Assembly (NCBI GenBank): GCA_964624415.1
Contig: CAZUWR010000002.1
Coordinates: 76,454-140,453, forward strand
Reading direction: 5' to 3'
Origin: an uncultured Bdellovibrionales bacterium
GTDB lineage: Bacteria; Patescibacteriota; Minisyncoccia; Moranbacterales; UBA1568
DNA length: 64,000 bases
A program made the position numbers and the translations under genes. Below, piece by piece: positions 1-8,812 of this stretch (position 1 is the stretch's first letter; every line of letters begins with the position of its first letter). The notes below the pieces were generated by a model, which did not search any database, was not told where the DNA came from, and saw only the letters and a program-made list of their open reading frames with translations.

Positions 1-1125
1 GTAGAAACTTTGTGCCCGGTTTTTTGTATACAAGGCGATGATAGAAGTGGCGATGAGTATGATGAATATAAAGGCATTGATAATTCCTGTTTCTGCAGCG
101 ATATCAAGGAAAAGATTGTGGGCATAGATCGGGTCGCGGTAGGTGGCGCTTGGTTTGACAGCGAGGGAGTAGTTGCCGAGGCCGACACCGAGAAGCGGAT
201 GCTCAATGATGATATCCGTTGCAGCTTGCCACATCGCGATACGCCCTTGGTTGGAGCCTTCATCGGTATTGAAGCTCGAAAGGAATCGCGTACCGATCGG
301 ACTGGCGAAAACTATAAAAGCGCATCCGAGAATCGATGCGAAGAAGAGTTTTTTAGTGCGAGTTGTCCAGTGACGAAAGCGGAGAGCAAAGAGGAAAAGT
401 AATCCACTAACTATACCGAGATATCCACCGCGCGAAAATGTCAAGAGGTTTGCGAGGAGAATGGTGGCGGCGATACTGAAAAACAGAGTCTTTTTTTGTT
501 GGAATACGAAAGCAAGTCCGATCGCGAGCGGCGCCGTCATCCCGAGATAAAACGAGAGCATATGCGGATCGGGGAAGATAGCGACGGCGCGCATCAGAGT
601 GTGTCCACCGATATTGACGAAGATGCTCGGATAATTGGCAACGGATTGTGCGAAGGCGTCCCCGAGAAATAGGGGGAGTATATTGCGGGTGAGGATTTGA
701 AAGAGGGCGTTGAGTGGGATGACGAATTGTAAGAGGAATTGAATGATGCTCACGATGGCGAGCGCGAAAGATCCGAAAACGATACATTTCGTCAGATGGA
801 CAACTTTTTCATGTGTATCAAGAAGTACCGTGAGCACGAAGTAGAGCGGGAAAAAGGAAATCAGGAAAAGCAGTTTGCGCAGTCCCCAAGACACTTCGGA
901 TGCTCCTACAAGGGAGAATGTGCAGAGAAAAAGAAAGGAAAGAAGTAGAGGCGTTTGTATGCGCCAAGCAATCCAGAGTTTTCGTGTGATAAGGCTGTGA
1001 ACGAGCCACATAATGACGATAAGCGGAATAATAACTCGTACCGAAGCCACATCGAAACCACCGCCTGGATTGAGCGCAATTTGGAATGGGAGAAAAAGAT
1101 AGAGAAGGGAAATGAGGGTAAGCAT
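1..1125 (-). CDS. O-antigen ligase family membrane protein (Wzy_C/WaaL-like), C-terminal part runs off window start
   Basis: Manual translation of minus strand from ATG at 1125 gives an uninterrupted polytopic membrane protein (MLTLISLLYLFLPFQIALNPGGGFDVASV...), including the 'TFSRGGYLG' and 'HNLFLDIAAETG' motifs characteristic of O-antigen ligase/polymerase family. Not in supplied ORF track because no stop inside the window. Confidence 0.7.
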   Translation of the reverse strand, partial: MLTLISLLYLFLPFQIALNPGGGFDVASVRVIIPLIVIMWLVHSLITRKLWIAWRIQTPLLLSFLFLCTFSLVGASEVSWGLRKLLFLISFFPLYFVLTVLLDTHEKVVHLTKCIVFGSFALAIVSIIQFLLQFVIPLNALFQILTRNILPLFLGDAFAQSVANYPSIFVNIGGHTLMRAVAIFPDPHMLSFYLGMTAPLAIGLAFVFQQKKTLFFSIAATILLANLLTFSRGGYLGIVSGLLFLFALRFRHWTTRTKKLFFASILGCAFIVFASPIGTRFLSSFNTDEGSNQGRIAMWQAATDIIIEHPLLGVGLGNYSLAVKPSATYRDPIYAHNLFLDIAAETGIINAFIFIILIATSIIALYTKNRAQSFY

Positions 1126-1127
1126 AC

Positions 1128-1919
1128 TCAGTGAGAGAATAATGTCCGTAGTATTTTTAAGCACCGACTTTCCCATCTTGGTCGGTGTTTAGCGAAGTAG
1201 CGGTCTTGTGAGGCGTAGTAGTATTGTTTTTGCTGCTTGTGTGACGGTGCGCTGTGGCCGGAGATATGCATCAATGCCATATCGGGGAAATAGAGTACGG
1301 ATTTTCCTTGTGCCAAGACTCGATCGCACAGGTCGATATCTTCGAAGTAGAGGAAAAAAGTTTCATCAAAACCTTTGATTTTACGGAAAAAATCGCGCGG
1401 GATGAAAAGCGAGGCGCCACTGACCCAATCGACCGCGATTGGTATTTGACTTTGCCAGAGTTTTTTACTCGCAGGAAAACCAAAATTATTGCGAAGGACA
1501 TCCCAAAGGGTCCCTCGCGTGCCCGCGCTCCATTTTTGTATGCTACCAGATTGCGTGAGCAGTTTGAGGCCGATTATACCTATTGATGATTCGCTTTGAA
1601 ATCGATCGCGTATAGAGCGCAGATCACCGGAGACGAATTGCGTATCGGGATTGATGAAACCTAGTATCTCTCCGGAAGCGTTTGCGGCACCGATATTGCA
1701 GGCTGCGCCGAAACCGAGATTGTTTTTTGTGTGGATGATTGTGAAAGGGAGTTGCTGCGCAAGCGCGTCAAGGATCTCTTTTTCAGTGATATCGTTATTG
1801 ACAATGATGACCTCGTATTCATCGGGAGTAAGGCTGGTTGTTTCAAGAGAGGCGAACCACCCAGGAAGAAGGGCGGCGCTTTGGAAATTGACTATAATGA
1901 AGGAAAAAATTGGATGCAT
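1128..1919 (-). CDS. Glycosyltransferase family 2
   Basis: 263 aa ORF. N-terminal GT-A fold signature (IIVNFQSA..., EVIIVNND, DxD-like 'NPDTQF'). Immediately upstream of ligase-like gene, stop/start 2 nt apart. Confidence 0.7.
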   Translation of the reverse strand: MHPIFSFIIVNFQSAALLPGWFASLETTSLTPDEYEVIIVNNDITEKEILDALAQQLPFTIIHTKNNLGFGAACNIGAANASGEILGFINPDTQFVSGDLRSIRDRFQSESSIGIIGLKLLTQSGSIQKWSAGTRGTLWDVLRNNFGFPASKKLWQSQIPIAVDWVSGASLFIPRDFFRKIKGFDETFFLYFEDIDLCDRVLAQGKSVLYFPDMALMHISGHSAPSHKQQKQYYYASQDRYFAKHRPRWESRCLKILRTLFSH

Positions 1920-1955
1920 AGCTGAGGAACGTTCATTTTAGAGTAAGCAGCGTAA

Positions 1956-2070
1956 GCGCATAGCAAGAAGATGTTTCTTTTGGAGGCTTGCGAGACTGTC
2001 GAGGTGAGCACGAGGAATTTTTCAGCAGAAAAATATCCGTACTCCAAAAAAACATCTTCTTGCTATGCGC
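1956..2070. repeat. Structured intergenic repeat family A, copy A1 (27 bp perfect inverted-repeat arms flanking conserved ~65 nt core)
   Basis: Arms gcgcatagcaagaagatgtttcttttgg / ccaaaaaaacatcttcttgctatgcgc. Core ggaggcttgcgagactgtcgaggtgagcacgaggaatttttcagcagaaaaatatccgtactcc is shared with copies at 4903, 8674, 9967, 23113. Confidence 0.8.
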
Positions 2071-2092
2071 GGTATAGGAGAAATCAGCTAGA

Positions 2093-2947
2093 TTACCTTG
2101 CATCAAGATAATCCCGATAAGCGCGGGCGACTTCTTTGGCAACAAGGTTTGTGCCTGAAGCGCAGTTAAAGTAATTTTTGATGCGGCGCCCAAGAAAATA
2201 GAGCATCACCCATGGCCTCAGAGAGGCTGGCGTATTTTCATGGAAAAATTGTAATCCGGATACAACCAGCCAGTACATTTTTTCAGGGTTATCCTCAGAG
2301 TTTTCCGCATGAAATATGTGCGTAGTGGGGACAACGAGGAGTCCGAATCCGGCACGCGATGCCTTAACACTAAAGTCAGCATCTTCATAGTAGAGAAAGT
2401 ATTTTTCATCGAGCAGCCCGACTATTTTGAAGACGTCTTTTTTGATCAGCATCGCGCAGCCGCAGATGTATTCTGAGGGAAATGATTGCAAGAGCGTGGG
2501 CGGACTGACATGCAGTGTTCGCATATGTATCCAGTCGATAACACCCTTTCCAAACCAGATATTTTTGGTGCGGGTATGCAGAATGAGCGGACTGAGAATG
2601 CCGGTTTTTGGCTGCTGTTCACCGACCTCGACAAGTTTGGTAAGTGAATCCTTTTCCACAGTGGCGTCGTTGTTGACGAGCCAGACATAATCGGCACCTT
2701 TTTCAAGAGCGAAACGGATACCGACATTATTGCCGGCAGCAAAACCGAGATTGACGTCATTTTTGATGAAGTGCGCGCGTGAAAACAGGCGCTTCGCTTC
2801 TTCGATCGATCCGTCTTTGGAATCGTTATCGATCACCACTACCTCGAAATTCTGGTAGCCGAGTTGATACACAGATTGAAGACACGCCTTAATCGTCGCC
2901 TTGCCGTTGTAGTTGAGGATGAGGATGAAAACTTTCGGATGGGTCAT
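2093..2947 (-). CDS. Glycosyltransferase family 2
   Basis: ORF 2093..3037; start chosen at internal Met (MTHPKVFILILNYNGKA...) typical of GT2 beta1. Motifs VVVIDNDSKDGS, DADF-type DxD. Longer start at 3037 possible. Confidence 0.65.
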   Translation of the reverse strand: MTHPKVFILILNYNGKATIKACLQSVYQLGYQNFEVVVIDNDSKDGSIEEAKRLFSRAHFIKNDVNLGFAAGNNVGIRFALEKGADYVWLVNNDATVEKDSLTKLVEVGEQQPKTGILSPLILHTRTKNIWFGKGVIDWIHMRTLHVSPPTLLQSFPSEYICGCAMLIKKDVFKIVGLLDEKYFLYYEDADFSVKASRAGFGLLVVPTTHIFHAENSEDNPEKMYWLVVSGLQFFHENTPASLRPWVMLYFLGRRIKNYFNCASGTNLVAKEVARAYRDYLDAR

Positions 2948-2960
2948 AGTAAACAGTATA

Positions 2961-3416
2961 TCACCTAGGAAGTGTTCCATGAAACCCATGGGCTTTGTCA
3001 CCGAGTCGTATGCCATAGGCATATGCCCACACGTCAACGTCGATCCATTCGGTGCCGACTTTCGCTTGCAGGTATTGATGAGGGGAGATATACCAGATAT
3101 GCGTCCATCTCAAACGAATATCGCTCTCGGTGAAAAATCCGCTTTTGACAAGAAGAACCCTGAGGAGGTAATTGATGTTGGTGCAGTGAAGAAAGCCGTT
3201 TTTGTGCCAGAGTACTGCAATGTCACGCAAAAATATATCCGATAAACAGGTATAGGTTTTAAGTCGTTCCCCGTGATATTTCTCAGTAAGTATTGTGTAT
3301 GCATTAAACAAGCATATTTTTTGAGAAACTGATTGCTTGAGTTGTTCCGCTACTATCCGCATATCCTCGGGCAGTGATTCAGGAAGAGGCGTTCTTGAAA
3401 AGAAATCTAAAGGCAT
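2961..3416 (-). CDS. Hypothetical protein, possible transglutaminase-like (Cys-His-Asp) fold
   Basis: 151 aa ORF between GT2 and flippase genes on same strand. Pattern LHCTNINYLLRVLLVKSGF ... THIWYISP ... EWIDVDVW resembles Cys/His/Asp core of transglutaminase-like superfamily. Weak, by eye only. Confidence 0.35.
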   Translation of the reverse strand: MPLDFFSRTPLPESLPEDMRIVAEQLKQSVSQKICLFNAYTILTEKYHGERLKTYTCLSDIFLRDIAVLWHKNGFLHCTNINYLLRVLLVKSGFFTESDIRLRWTHIWYISPHQYLQAKVGTEWIDVDVWAYAYGIRLGDKAHGFHGTLPR

Positions 3417-3427
3417 ACGGTACGCAG

Positions 3428-4876
3428 TTATTCAATGACTACACCTTTCCCGCGGGCGAATTTGGAACCGGCAAGGACCTGGAGAATCTCCTCTTTTTCG
3501 ATGGCATCGGTCATCCAGAGCGAAACAAGATAGATGGCGATGCTACCGAGAATAAGCAACGCCAGGTGAAGATGCGGGAAGAAAAAAAGATACAGACCCA
3601 TAAGTGCCCCGGAAAAAGCGACTCTTCCGAAGTGGGTGGAGCTTGGTCGGTAGTGGGTGTGCTTATACACAAGAGTGAATGAGAGAAGAACAACGAACAT
3701 TTCCGTCAGTACGGATGTGAATGCTGCCCCCGTATAGGAATAGCGGGGAATGAGGATCAGGTTGATCAGTATATTGATGGTGGCGACGACGATAAGGGCT
3801 TTCATAAGTTTGCCCTGGAGATTGCTGACGACCAGTATGGTATTGAAAAACTGTCCGAAAAAGATGAAGGCGAGGGCGAAGACGAGGATGCGGAGTACGG
3901 TTGCCGATTCGGGAAATCCGGCACCGCCGATGATACTGACGATTTGCGGTGCGAGGAAAAAGACGCCGATGACGAGCGGCACGACGAGCACGAGAAAAAC
4001 CTTGAAGGTTTTGTTGGCAATAAGATCAAACATATTCCGGTCGGTAAAGACATAGCGTGAAAGCAGAGGAAGCACGAGACCGGCAACCATAGCGGGGAAG
4101 AAGATGAGATTCTCAATCACTTTGTAGGCGACATTGTAGATGCCAACATCGGCAGATGTTTTCAGAAATGACAGCAGGATGGTATCGGCTTTGAAGTAAG
4201 CGAAAGTCACGACGGAGGCGATACCGAGCGGAAGAGCTTGTACTAGAAAGCTTTTCCAATAGACCCGATCATACTGGAAGGAGAAGGTGAAATAGCGCCG
4301 GCTGATCCAAAAAACAACGATGGCATTGAACATCATATACCCGAGTAGGGCGAGTGCGATAGTGATGAATCCGAGGTGTTGCTGTACTGCTAAAAGAATG
4401 ATGCCGAGCTGGACGAGTTTGCCGAGGAGCTCGATGGTGGCTACCTTGTCCATAGCCAGGTGTTTTTGGAAAATGCCGTTGAGTGTCATGGAAACGGAGG
4501 AGAAGATGAAGGCGACCGCCGCGATAATGATGGCGAATTTGAGATCGAATGAATAAGGGAGGAAATAGACCAGTATCGGTGTGAGAAGAAGAATCACTAA
4601 AGAAATGAGTAGGCGCAAGGTGAGTACATTGCTCATGATATGGCTTTCCTTGGCACCTTCGCGGGATATTTCGCGAGCCGTGACCGATTGGAGGCCCAGG
4701 TCGCCGATGGCATTGAAAAAACTGAAAAAAGCGAGCATAGTGGCGTAGTCTCCGAAGCCATCCTTGCCCAAATAGCGCGTAACAAAACCGATGGCGACCA
4801 ATGCCAAGGCGGTCGAAATGATTTTCGCCACGGCGTTGAAGACGACATTGTAAGCTATTCTTCCGGCTAATGCCAT
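3428..4876 (-). CDS. Polysaccharide biosynthesis protein / oligosaccharide flippase (MOP superfamily, Wzx-like)
   Basis: 482 aa, ~12-14 predicted TM helices, N-terminal motif typical of Wzx/MOP flippases (AKIISTALALVAIGFVTRYLGKDGFGDY). Confidence 0.7.
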   Translation of the reverse strand: MALAGRIAYNVVFNAVAKIISTALALVAIGFVTRYLGKDGFGDYATMLAFFSFFNAIGDLGLQSVTAREISREGAKESHIMSNVLTLRLLISLVILLLTPILVYFLPYSFDLKFAIIIAAVAFIFSSVSMTLNGIFQKHLAMDKVATIELLGKLVQLGIILLAVQQHLGFITIALALLGYMMFNAIVVFWISRRYFTFSFQYDRVYWKSFLVQALPLGIASVVTFAYFKADTILLSFLKTSADVGIYNVAYKVIENLIFFPAMVAGLVLPLLSRYVFTDRNMFDLIANKTFKVFLVLVVPLVIGVFFLAPQIVSIIGGAGFPESATVLRILVFALAFIFFGQFFNTILVVSNLQGKLMKALIVVATINILINLILIPRYSYTGAAFTSVLTEMFVVLLSFTLVYKHTHYRPSSTHFGRVAFSGALMGLYLFFFPHLHLALLILGSIAIYLVSLWMTDAIEKEEILQVLAGSKFARGKGVVIE

Positions 4877-4902
4877 AAAAATCTGTGAAATTATTGGGGG
4901 GA

Positions 4903-5014
4903 GAATGATATGAAGATACTATTTTTGGAGTACGTGCATTTTTCTGCTGAAAAATTTCTCGTGCTCGCCCCGTCGGGCTTCGCAAGCCTCCTAAAATAGT
5001 ATCTTCATACCATT
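4903..5014. repeat. Structured intergenic repeat family A, copy A2 (inverted orientation)
   Basis: Arms gaatgatatgaagatactatttttgg / cctaaaatagtatcttcataccattc (2 mismatches) flank core ggagtacgtgcatttttctgctgaaaaatttctcgtgctcgccccgtcgggcttcgcaagcctcc. Confidence 0.8.
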
Positions 5015-5119
5015 CTCGCGACCTATGCAACGAATTCCTAAATTCTGGAAGTTTAGTGTGATACAAAAAATCCTTGATACAACCAGTATATCAAGGATAG
5101 CTTTACAAAGAAAGGTTAC

Positions 5120-5596
5120 TTAGAGTATCGGGGCGGGCTTGACCGTTACTTTCCGGTTTTCATTGACACCGGTGCTCTCCGTCACCACCTCTTTATTGAG
5201 CGCCAGCTCCGCGTGAATGATCTTGCGTTCGTATCCGGCCATAGGTCGCAAAACAACCGGCATGCGCGTCTGAAGCGCTTGTTGCGCGGCACCGTGTGCC
5301 TCTTTGACCAGCGCCTGGCTTTTTTGTTCCCAATAAGAATTGACATCCAAAGAGAAAACCACGTTTTGCTGGAATTCTTTTTTGGCTAAAAGTCGAATGA
5401 TATGCTGGAGAGCCTGAAGATTGACACCGTGCTGACCGATCAGGAGATTGGAATCTCCTTCGACGCGGATATTGCAGATGAAATCGCCCTGACCTTCACA
5501 GACCGGTTCGCGGAGGCTGACCTGCGCCTCAAATCCCATATGCTCGACGATGGTTTGTGTGATGGCTTGTATGCGGGTGGCTTGAGTGATATCCAT
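5120..5596 (-). CDS. jag: Jag/SpoIIIJ-associated RNA-binding protein (KH + R3H domains)
   Basis: 158 aa; conserved position downstream of yidC; sequence resembles KH/R3H Jag family (IGQHGVNLQALQHIIRLL...). Confidence 0.65.
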   Translation of the reverse strand: MDITQATRIQAITQTIVEHMGFEAQVSLREPVCEGQGDFICNIRVEGDSNLLIGQHGVNLQALQHIIRLLAKKEFQQNVVFSLDVNSYWEQKSQALVKEAHGAAQQALQTRMPVVLRPMAGYERKIIHAELALNKEVVTESTGVNENRKVTVKPAPIL

Positions 5597-5607
5597 ACGG
5601 GTGTTTT

Positions 5608-6339
5608 TTATTCCTTAACGGGTTGAGCGGTTTTGAGGATGTATTCTTGTTGGGCGATCATAAAGAGTGTTGATACGAGCCAGTATAAAGAAAGTCCGGC
5701 CGGAAAAGTGAATCCGATAAACAGTGTGAGCAATGGCCCGATAATGAGCATCTGCTTGGTCATGATGGTGGCGAAATCAGGCTCACTGTCATCTTTCGGT
5801 GCGGTTTTTGGCTGGCGCGCTATCATGATTTTGGTCTGATAGTACTGGGCGGCTGCTGCCAGCACAGCAAAGACATAGTTCGGATGAGTAAGATCAACGA
5901 TGCTTAAAAAGAGGTGATGAATTTGCCCTGGGTTGGCGATAAAGGTGTAAAGATTTTCTCCCTGCACCTGCAGTCCGGATTGAGAAATATTGATAAGAAC
6001 GCGGTAGATGGCGATGAAGAAGGTGAGTTGCACGATAAGTGGGAGGCACCCTGCCGCGAGATTAACCTCTTTTTCCTTATAAAGCTCTGCGAGAGCAAGG
6101 TTTAATTTCACCTTATCTTTTTTATGCTTATCTTTTAATTGTTTGATAAGTGGTTGCAGTTCCTGCATTTTCTTCTGTGATTCAATCTGTTTGTGCGCAA
6201 GAGGAAAAAGAGCGAACTTCAAAATCAATGTCGTGAGAATGATAGCGATACCGAAATCATGCCCTGGAACCGTATTGTAGAGGAAAATAAGGACATTGTA
6301 GATTGGGTTATAGACCAAAGTGTCAAAGAGAGCCATCAT
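5608..6339 (-). CDS. yidC: Membrane protein insertase YidC (short form)
   Basis: 243 aa, 5 TM helices, conserved synteny rnpA-yidC-jag. Confidence 0.8.
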   Translation of the reverse strand: MMALFDTLVYNPIYNVLIFLYNTVPGHDFGIAIILTTLILKFALFPLAHKQIESQKKMQELQPLIKQLKDKHKKDKVKLNLALAELYKEKEVNLAAGCLPLIVQLTFFIAIYRVLINISQSGLQVQGENLYTFIANPGQIHHLFLSIVDLTHPNYVFAVLAAAAQYYQTKIMIARQPKTAPKDDSEPDFATIMTKQMLIIGPLLTLFIGFTFPAGLSLYWLVSTLFMIAQQEYILKTAQPVKE

Positions 6340-6686
6340 GAAATTGTATGTAAGAGATTATTTTTTTTCAAAAGCAGGCGCAGATCACGCTCAATAGCAT
6401 CGTATGTCAGAGTTTCCGGTTTGTAGCGATACAAGACAATGATAGCAAAACCAGGCCGTAATGCAAAGAGCTGCGAGCGCATCGCTTCCCGTAAAACTCT
6501 TTTGGCGCGGTTCCGGTTGACGGCTTTGGGGAAGTTTTTTTTGCTCGCAATAAAACCCACCGCGGATCGCGAGAGGTGGGTCGGGCGCCATTTGAGGGAG
6601 AGTGCACCCAGTGATGCGTAAGAACCCTCTTTGAATATGAGCGCGAAAGCCTTCTTATGAGACAGACGAAAGTTTACGGGCAACAT
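6336..6686 (-). CDS. rnpA: Ribonuclease P protein component
   Basis: 116 aa basic protein. RnpA-like motif (KAVNRNRAKRVLREAMRSQ). Overlaps yidC start by 4 nt. Follows rpmH. Confidence 0.8.
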   Translation of the reverse strand: MLPVNFRLSHKKAFALIFKEGSYASLGALSLKWRPTHLSRSAVGFIASKKNFPKAVNRNRAKRVLREAMRSQLFALRPGFAIIVLYRYKPETLTYDAIERDLRLLLKKNNLLHTIS

Positions 6687-6708
6687 TTCAGCATTATCAC
6701 GGCTTAGT

Positions 6709-6850
6709 TTATGCGGTGAGCTTCTTGCGTCCTTGTGCGCGGCGGCTTTTTACGATGTTTTGGCCGTTTTTCGTGGACATACGCTCACGGAAACCATGCT
6801 GCTTCTTCCTCTTAAGGCTCTTTGGCTGAAACGTTCTTTTCGGCATACAA
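6709..6850 (-). CDS. rpmH: 50S ribosomal protein L34
   Basis: Manual translation of minus strand: [45 protein letters not shown]. Classic L34. Below the 60 aa ORF-track cutoff. Confidence 0.9.
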
Positions 6851-6945
6851 TTAAACTTATACGTGGGTTAGACAATGTACTATCCAGTATACCAATAAAG
6901 CCAAAAAAGTCAAATAAAAAAGAACTACGCTCAAACGCGGAAGTC

Positions 6946-7086
6946 TTAGTAACTGTCTAAAATCTTTCCGTTTTTTGCTTTTGCATAGTGTTTTTTCGAA
7001 CTGCCGGGTCAAAGACGAAAGGCGAGAAAAAATACTATGCAAAAGCCAAAAAACAAGAAGGGAAAGATTTTAGACAGTTACTTAGT
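6946..7086. repeat. Structured repeat family B, copy B1 (~140 bp near-perfect hairpin), located in rpmH-dnaA spacer
   Basis: ttagtaactgtctaaaatctttccgttttttgcttttgcatagtgttttttcg [loop aactgccgggtcaaagacgaaagg] cgagaaaaaatactatgcaaaagccaaaaaacaagaagggaaagattttagacagttactaa. Copies at 25098 and 35730. Confidence 0.85.
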
Positions 7087-7103
7087 AAAAGAGAGGTATC
7101 TTC

Positions 7104-7112
7104 TTATCCACA
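7104..7112 (+). promoter_or_regulatory. DnaA box (TTATCCACA, perfect consensus)
   Basis: Exact 9-mer in rpmH-dnaA intergenic region, ~100 bp upstream of dnaA start. Confidence 0.6.
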
Positions 7113-7135
7113 CAAGGAGCTCACTTGTGCACAAG

Positions 7136-7144
7136 TTATCCACA
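7136..7144 (+). promoter_or_regulatory. DnaA box (TTATCCACA, perfect consensus); with AT-rich stretch 7150..7210 = candidate oriC/DUE
   Basis: Second exact 9-mer 32 bp downstream of first, same orientation, followed by AT-rich segment before dnaA ATG at 7212. Confidence 0.6.
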
Positions 7145-7211
7145 ATACCCTCTATTCCTCCTTTTTCGCCTATGCTATACTTTTGATACTGACCATAAAT
7201 AAGACAGTCAT

Positions 7212-8663
7212 ATGAGCAACGAAGAGCTTTGGAAAGCGGTTTTAGGGGAGTTAGAGCTTTCCATATCCAAAGGCGAATTCAATACATGGTTCAAAAACAC
7301 TTCCATCGTCTCGCACGAAAATGGGCGTGTGGTTATTAGTGTTCCGAGCGGTTTTGCGCGTGAGTGGCTTGAGAATAAGGTGAATATGCATATTCTGCAG
7401 TCCCTGAAGCATTTGCAGAGCGATATTACCGAGTTTTCATGCGTTATCAATGCGCCTGAACAAAAATTGACGCAGACACAGTCATTTACCCAGACACAGA
7501 CCGGATTCGTGTCTTCGCATGGGGCTTCTGCAAACTCGCCATCACAACCGCAAGCGACGCCGTCGTATCCTGCCGGCGCTGCCGTGCCGTATTATCCGCC
7601 TCAAGCGCATCCCGTTCAAACCGCAACCAAAGCCAAACAAGAGCACGCCCTCAATCCGCGCTATACATTTGAGAATTTTATTGTCGGTGAGAATAATGAG
7701 TTGGCGAGAGCTGCTTGCTATGCGGTATCGCAGAATCTCGGACAGTTGTACAATCCGATTTTTATCTACGGTGGCGTGGGACTGGGTAAAACACACTTGT
7801 TGCAGTCTGTTGGCAATGAGGTGTTGAAACATCACCCCGATATACGCATCAAGTATACGACGGCCGATTGGTTTACGGGAGAATTAGTGGAATCCATTCG
7901 CAATCAGAAAGTGGCGGAATTTAAAGAAGCCTATCAGAAAGCCGACCTTCTCATTATCGATGATATCCAATTTCTTTCGGGACGAGAGAAGACGCAGGAT
8001 GAATTTTTCCATATTTTCAATACGCTTTACCAAGCCAATAAGCAGATTGTACTGAGTAGTGACAGACCGCCGCAGGCCATCCCGACACTTGAGGATCGTC
8101 TACGTTCGCGTTTCCAAGGCGGAATGATCGCGGATATTGGCAGACCCGACCTTGAGACTCGTATGGCTATTTTAAAAATCAAGACCGCTGAGAGACATTT
8201 TTACCTCGATGATGAGGCGGTGCGTTTTATTGCTGAAAATGTAACTAATAACATCCGTGAACTCGAGGGAGCGCTTAATCGCATTATTGCTTCCTGTGAG
8301 TTCCATAAGATCGTGCCGACCATCGCATATATCAAAAAAACGCTCGGCTCTATTATCGCCAATACCAAACGCGTCGTTAGTCCGGAGCGCATTATGAAGA
8401 TGACAGCTGAGTTCTATAATATCGAAGAGGATGATCTGACACGCAAGGGGCGCAAGAAGGAAGTGGTACACCCGAGACAAGTGGGAATGTATCTGATGCG
8501 TATGGAGCTTCAAACCTCATTCGCGGCTATCGGAAAGTATTTCGGGGGTCGAGATCATACCACGGTGCTGCATGCCTGCGAGAAGATCAAGGATGATTTG
8601 GATGAGAACTTGCGGCTCAAAGAAGAGGTCACGAGTTTGCGGGAGAAGTTGTATCGGGAGTAG
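7212..8663 (+). CDS. dnaA: Chromosomal replication initiator protein DnaA
   Basis: 483 aa. AAA+ Walker A (GGVGLGKTHL). C-terminal DNA-binding domain. Q/T/P-rich linker. Confidence 0.95.
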   Translation: MSNEELWKAVLGELELSISKGEFNTWFKNTSIVSHENGRVVISVPSGFAREWLENKVNMHILQSLKHLQSDITEFSCVINAPEQKLTQTQSFTQTQTGFVSSHGASANSPSQPQATPSYPAGAAVPYYPPQAHPVQTATKAKQEHALNPRYTFENFIVGENNELARAACYAVSQNLGQLYNPIFIYGGVGLGKTHLLQSVGNEVLKHHPDIRIKYTTADWFTGELVESIRNQKVAEFKEAYQKADLLIIDDIQFLSGREKTQDEFFHIFNTLYQANKQIVLSSDRPPQAIPTLEDRLRSRFQGGMIADIGRPDLETRMAILKIKTAERHFYLDDEAVRFIAENVTNNIRELEGALNRIIASCEFHKIVPTIAYIKKTLGSIIANTKRVVSPERIMKMTAEFYNIEEDDLTRKGRKKEVVHPRQVGMYLMRMELQTSFAAIGKYFGGRDHTTVLHACEKIKDDLDENLRLKEEVTSLREKLYRE

Positions 8664-8673
8664 GCAGACGAAA

Positions 8674-8785
8674 GGATAGGAATGAAGACTCTTTTTTGGA
8701 GGCTTGCGAGACTGTCGAGGTGAGCACGAGGAATTTTTCAGCAGAAAAATATCCGTACTCCGAAAAAGAGTCTTCATTCCTATCC
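8674..8785. repeat. Structured intergenic repeat family A, copy A3 (dnaA-dnaN spacer)
   Basis: 26 bp arms ggataggaatgaagactcttttttgg / ccgaaaaagagtcttcattcctatcc. Core identical to A1. Confidence 0.85.
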
Positions 8786-8812
8786 GATATATCACTCATA
8801 ACATTATTTATT

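Noticed and set aside
10-402. 130 aa plus-strand ORF at window start
   Set aside because: Opposite strand encodes a continuous, hydrophobic O-antigen-ligase-like protein with family motifs; the plus-strand product is charged low-complexity.
6857-7042. 61-71 aa minus-strand ORFs (MAFDSIFSRLSSLTRQFEKTLYKSKKRKDFRQLL…) at 6857..7042, 25013..25201, 35617..35832
   Set aside because: The conserved part is exactly the family-B hairpin repeat, since both arms are complementary. C-terminal tails differ completely between copies, so they are by-products of the repeat rather than a conserved protein.
8696-8812. N-terminal 39 codons of the dnaN ORF and similar N-terminal extensions of DUF721 (10026), ruvA (23362), mntP (34490)
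   Set aside because: The extensions are translations of repeat elements or a tRNA; canonical protein N-termini begin at internal Met codons.
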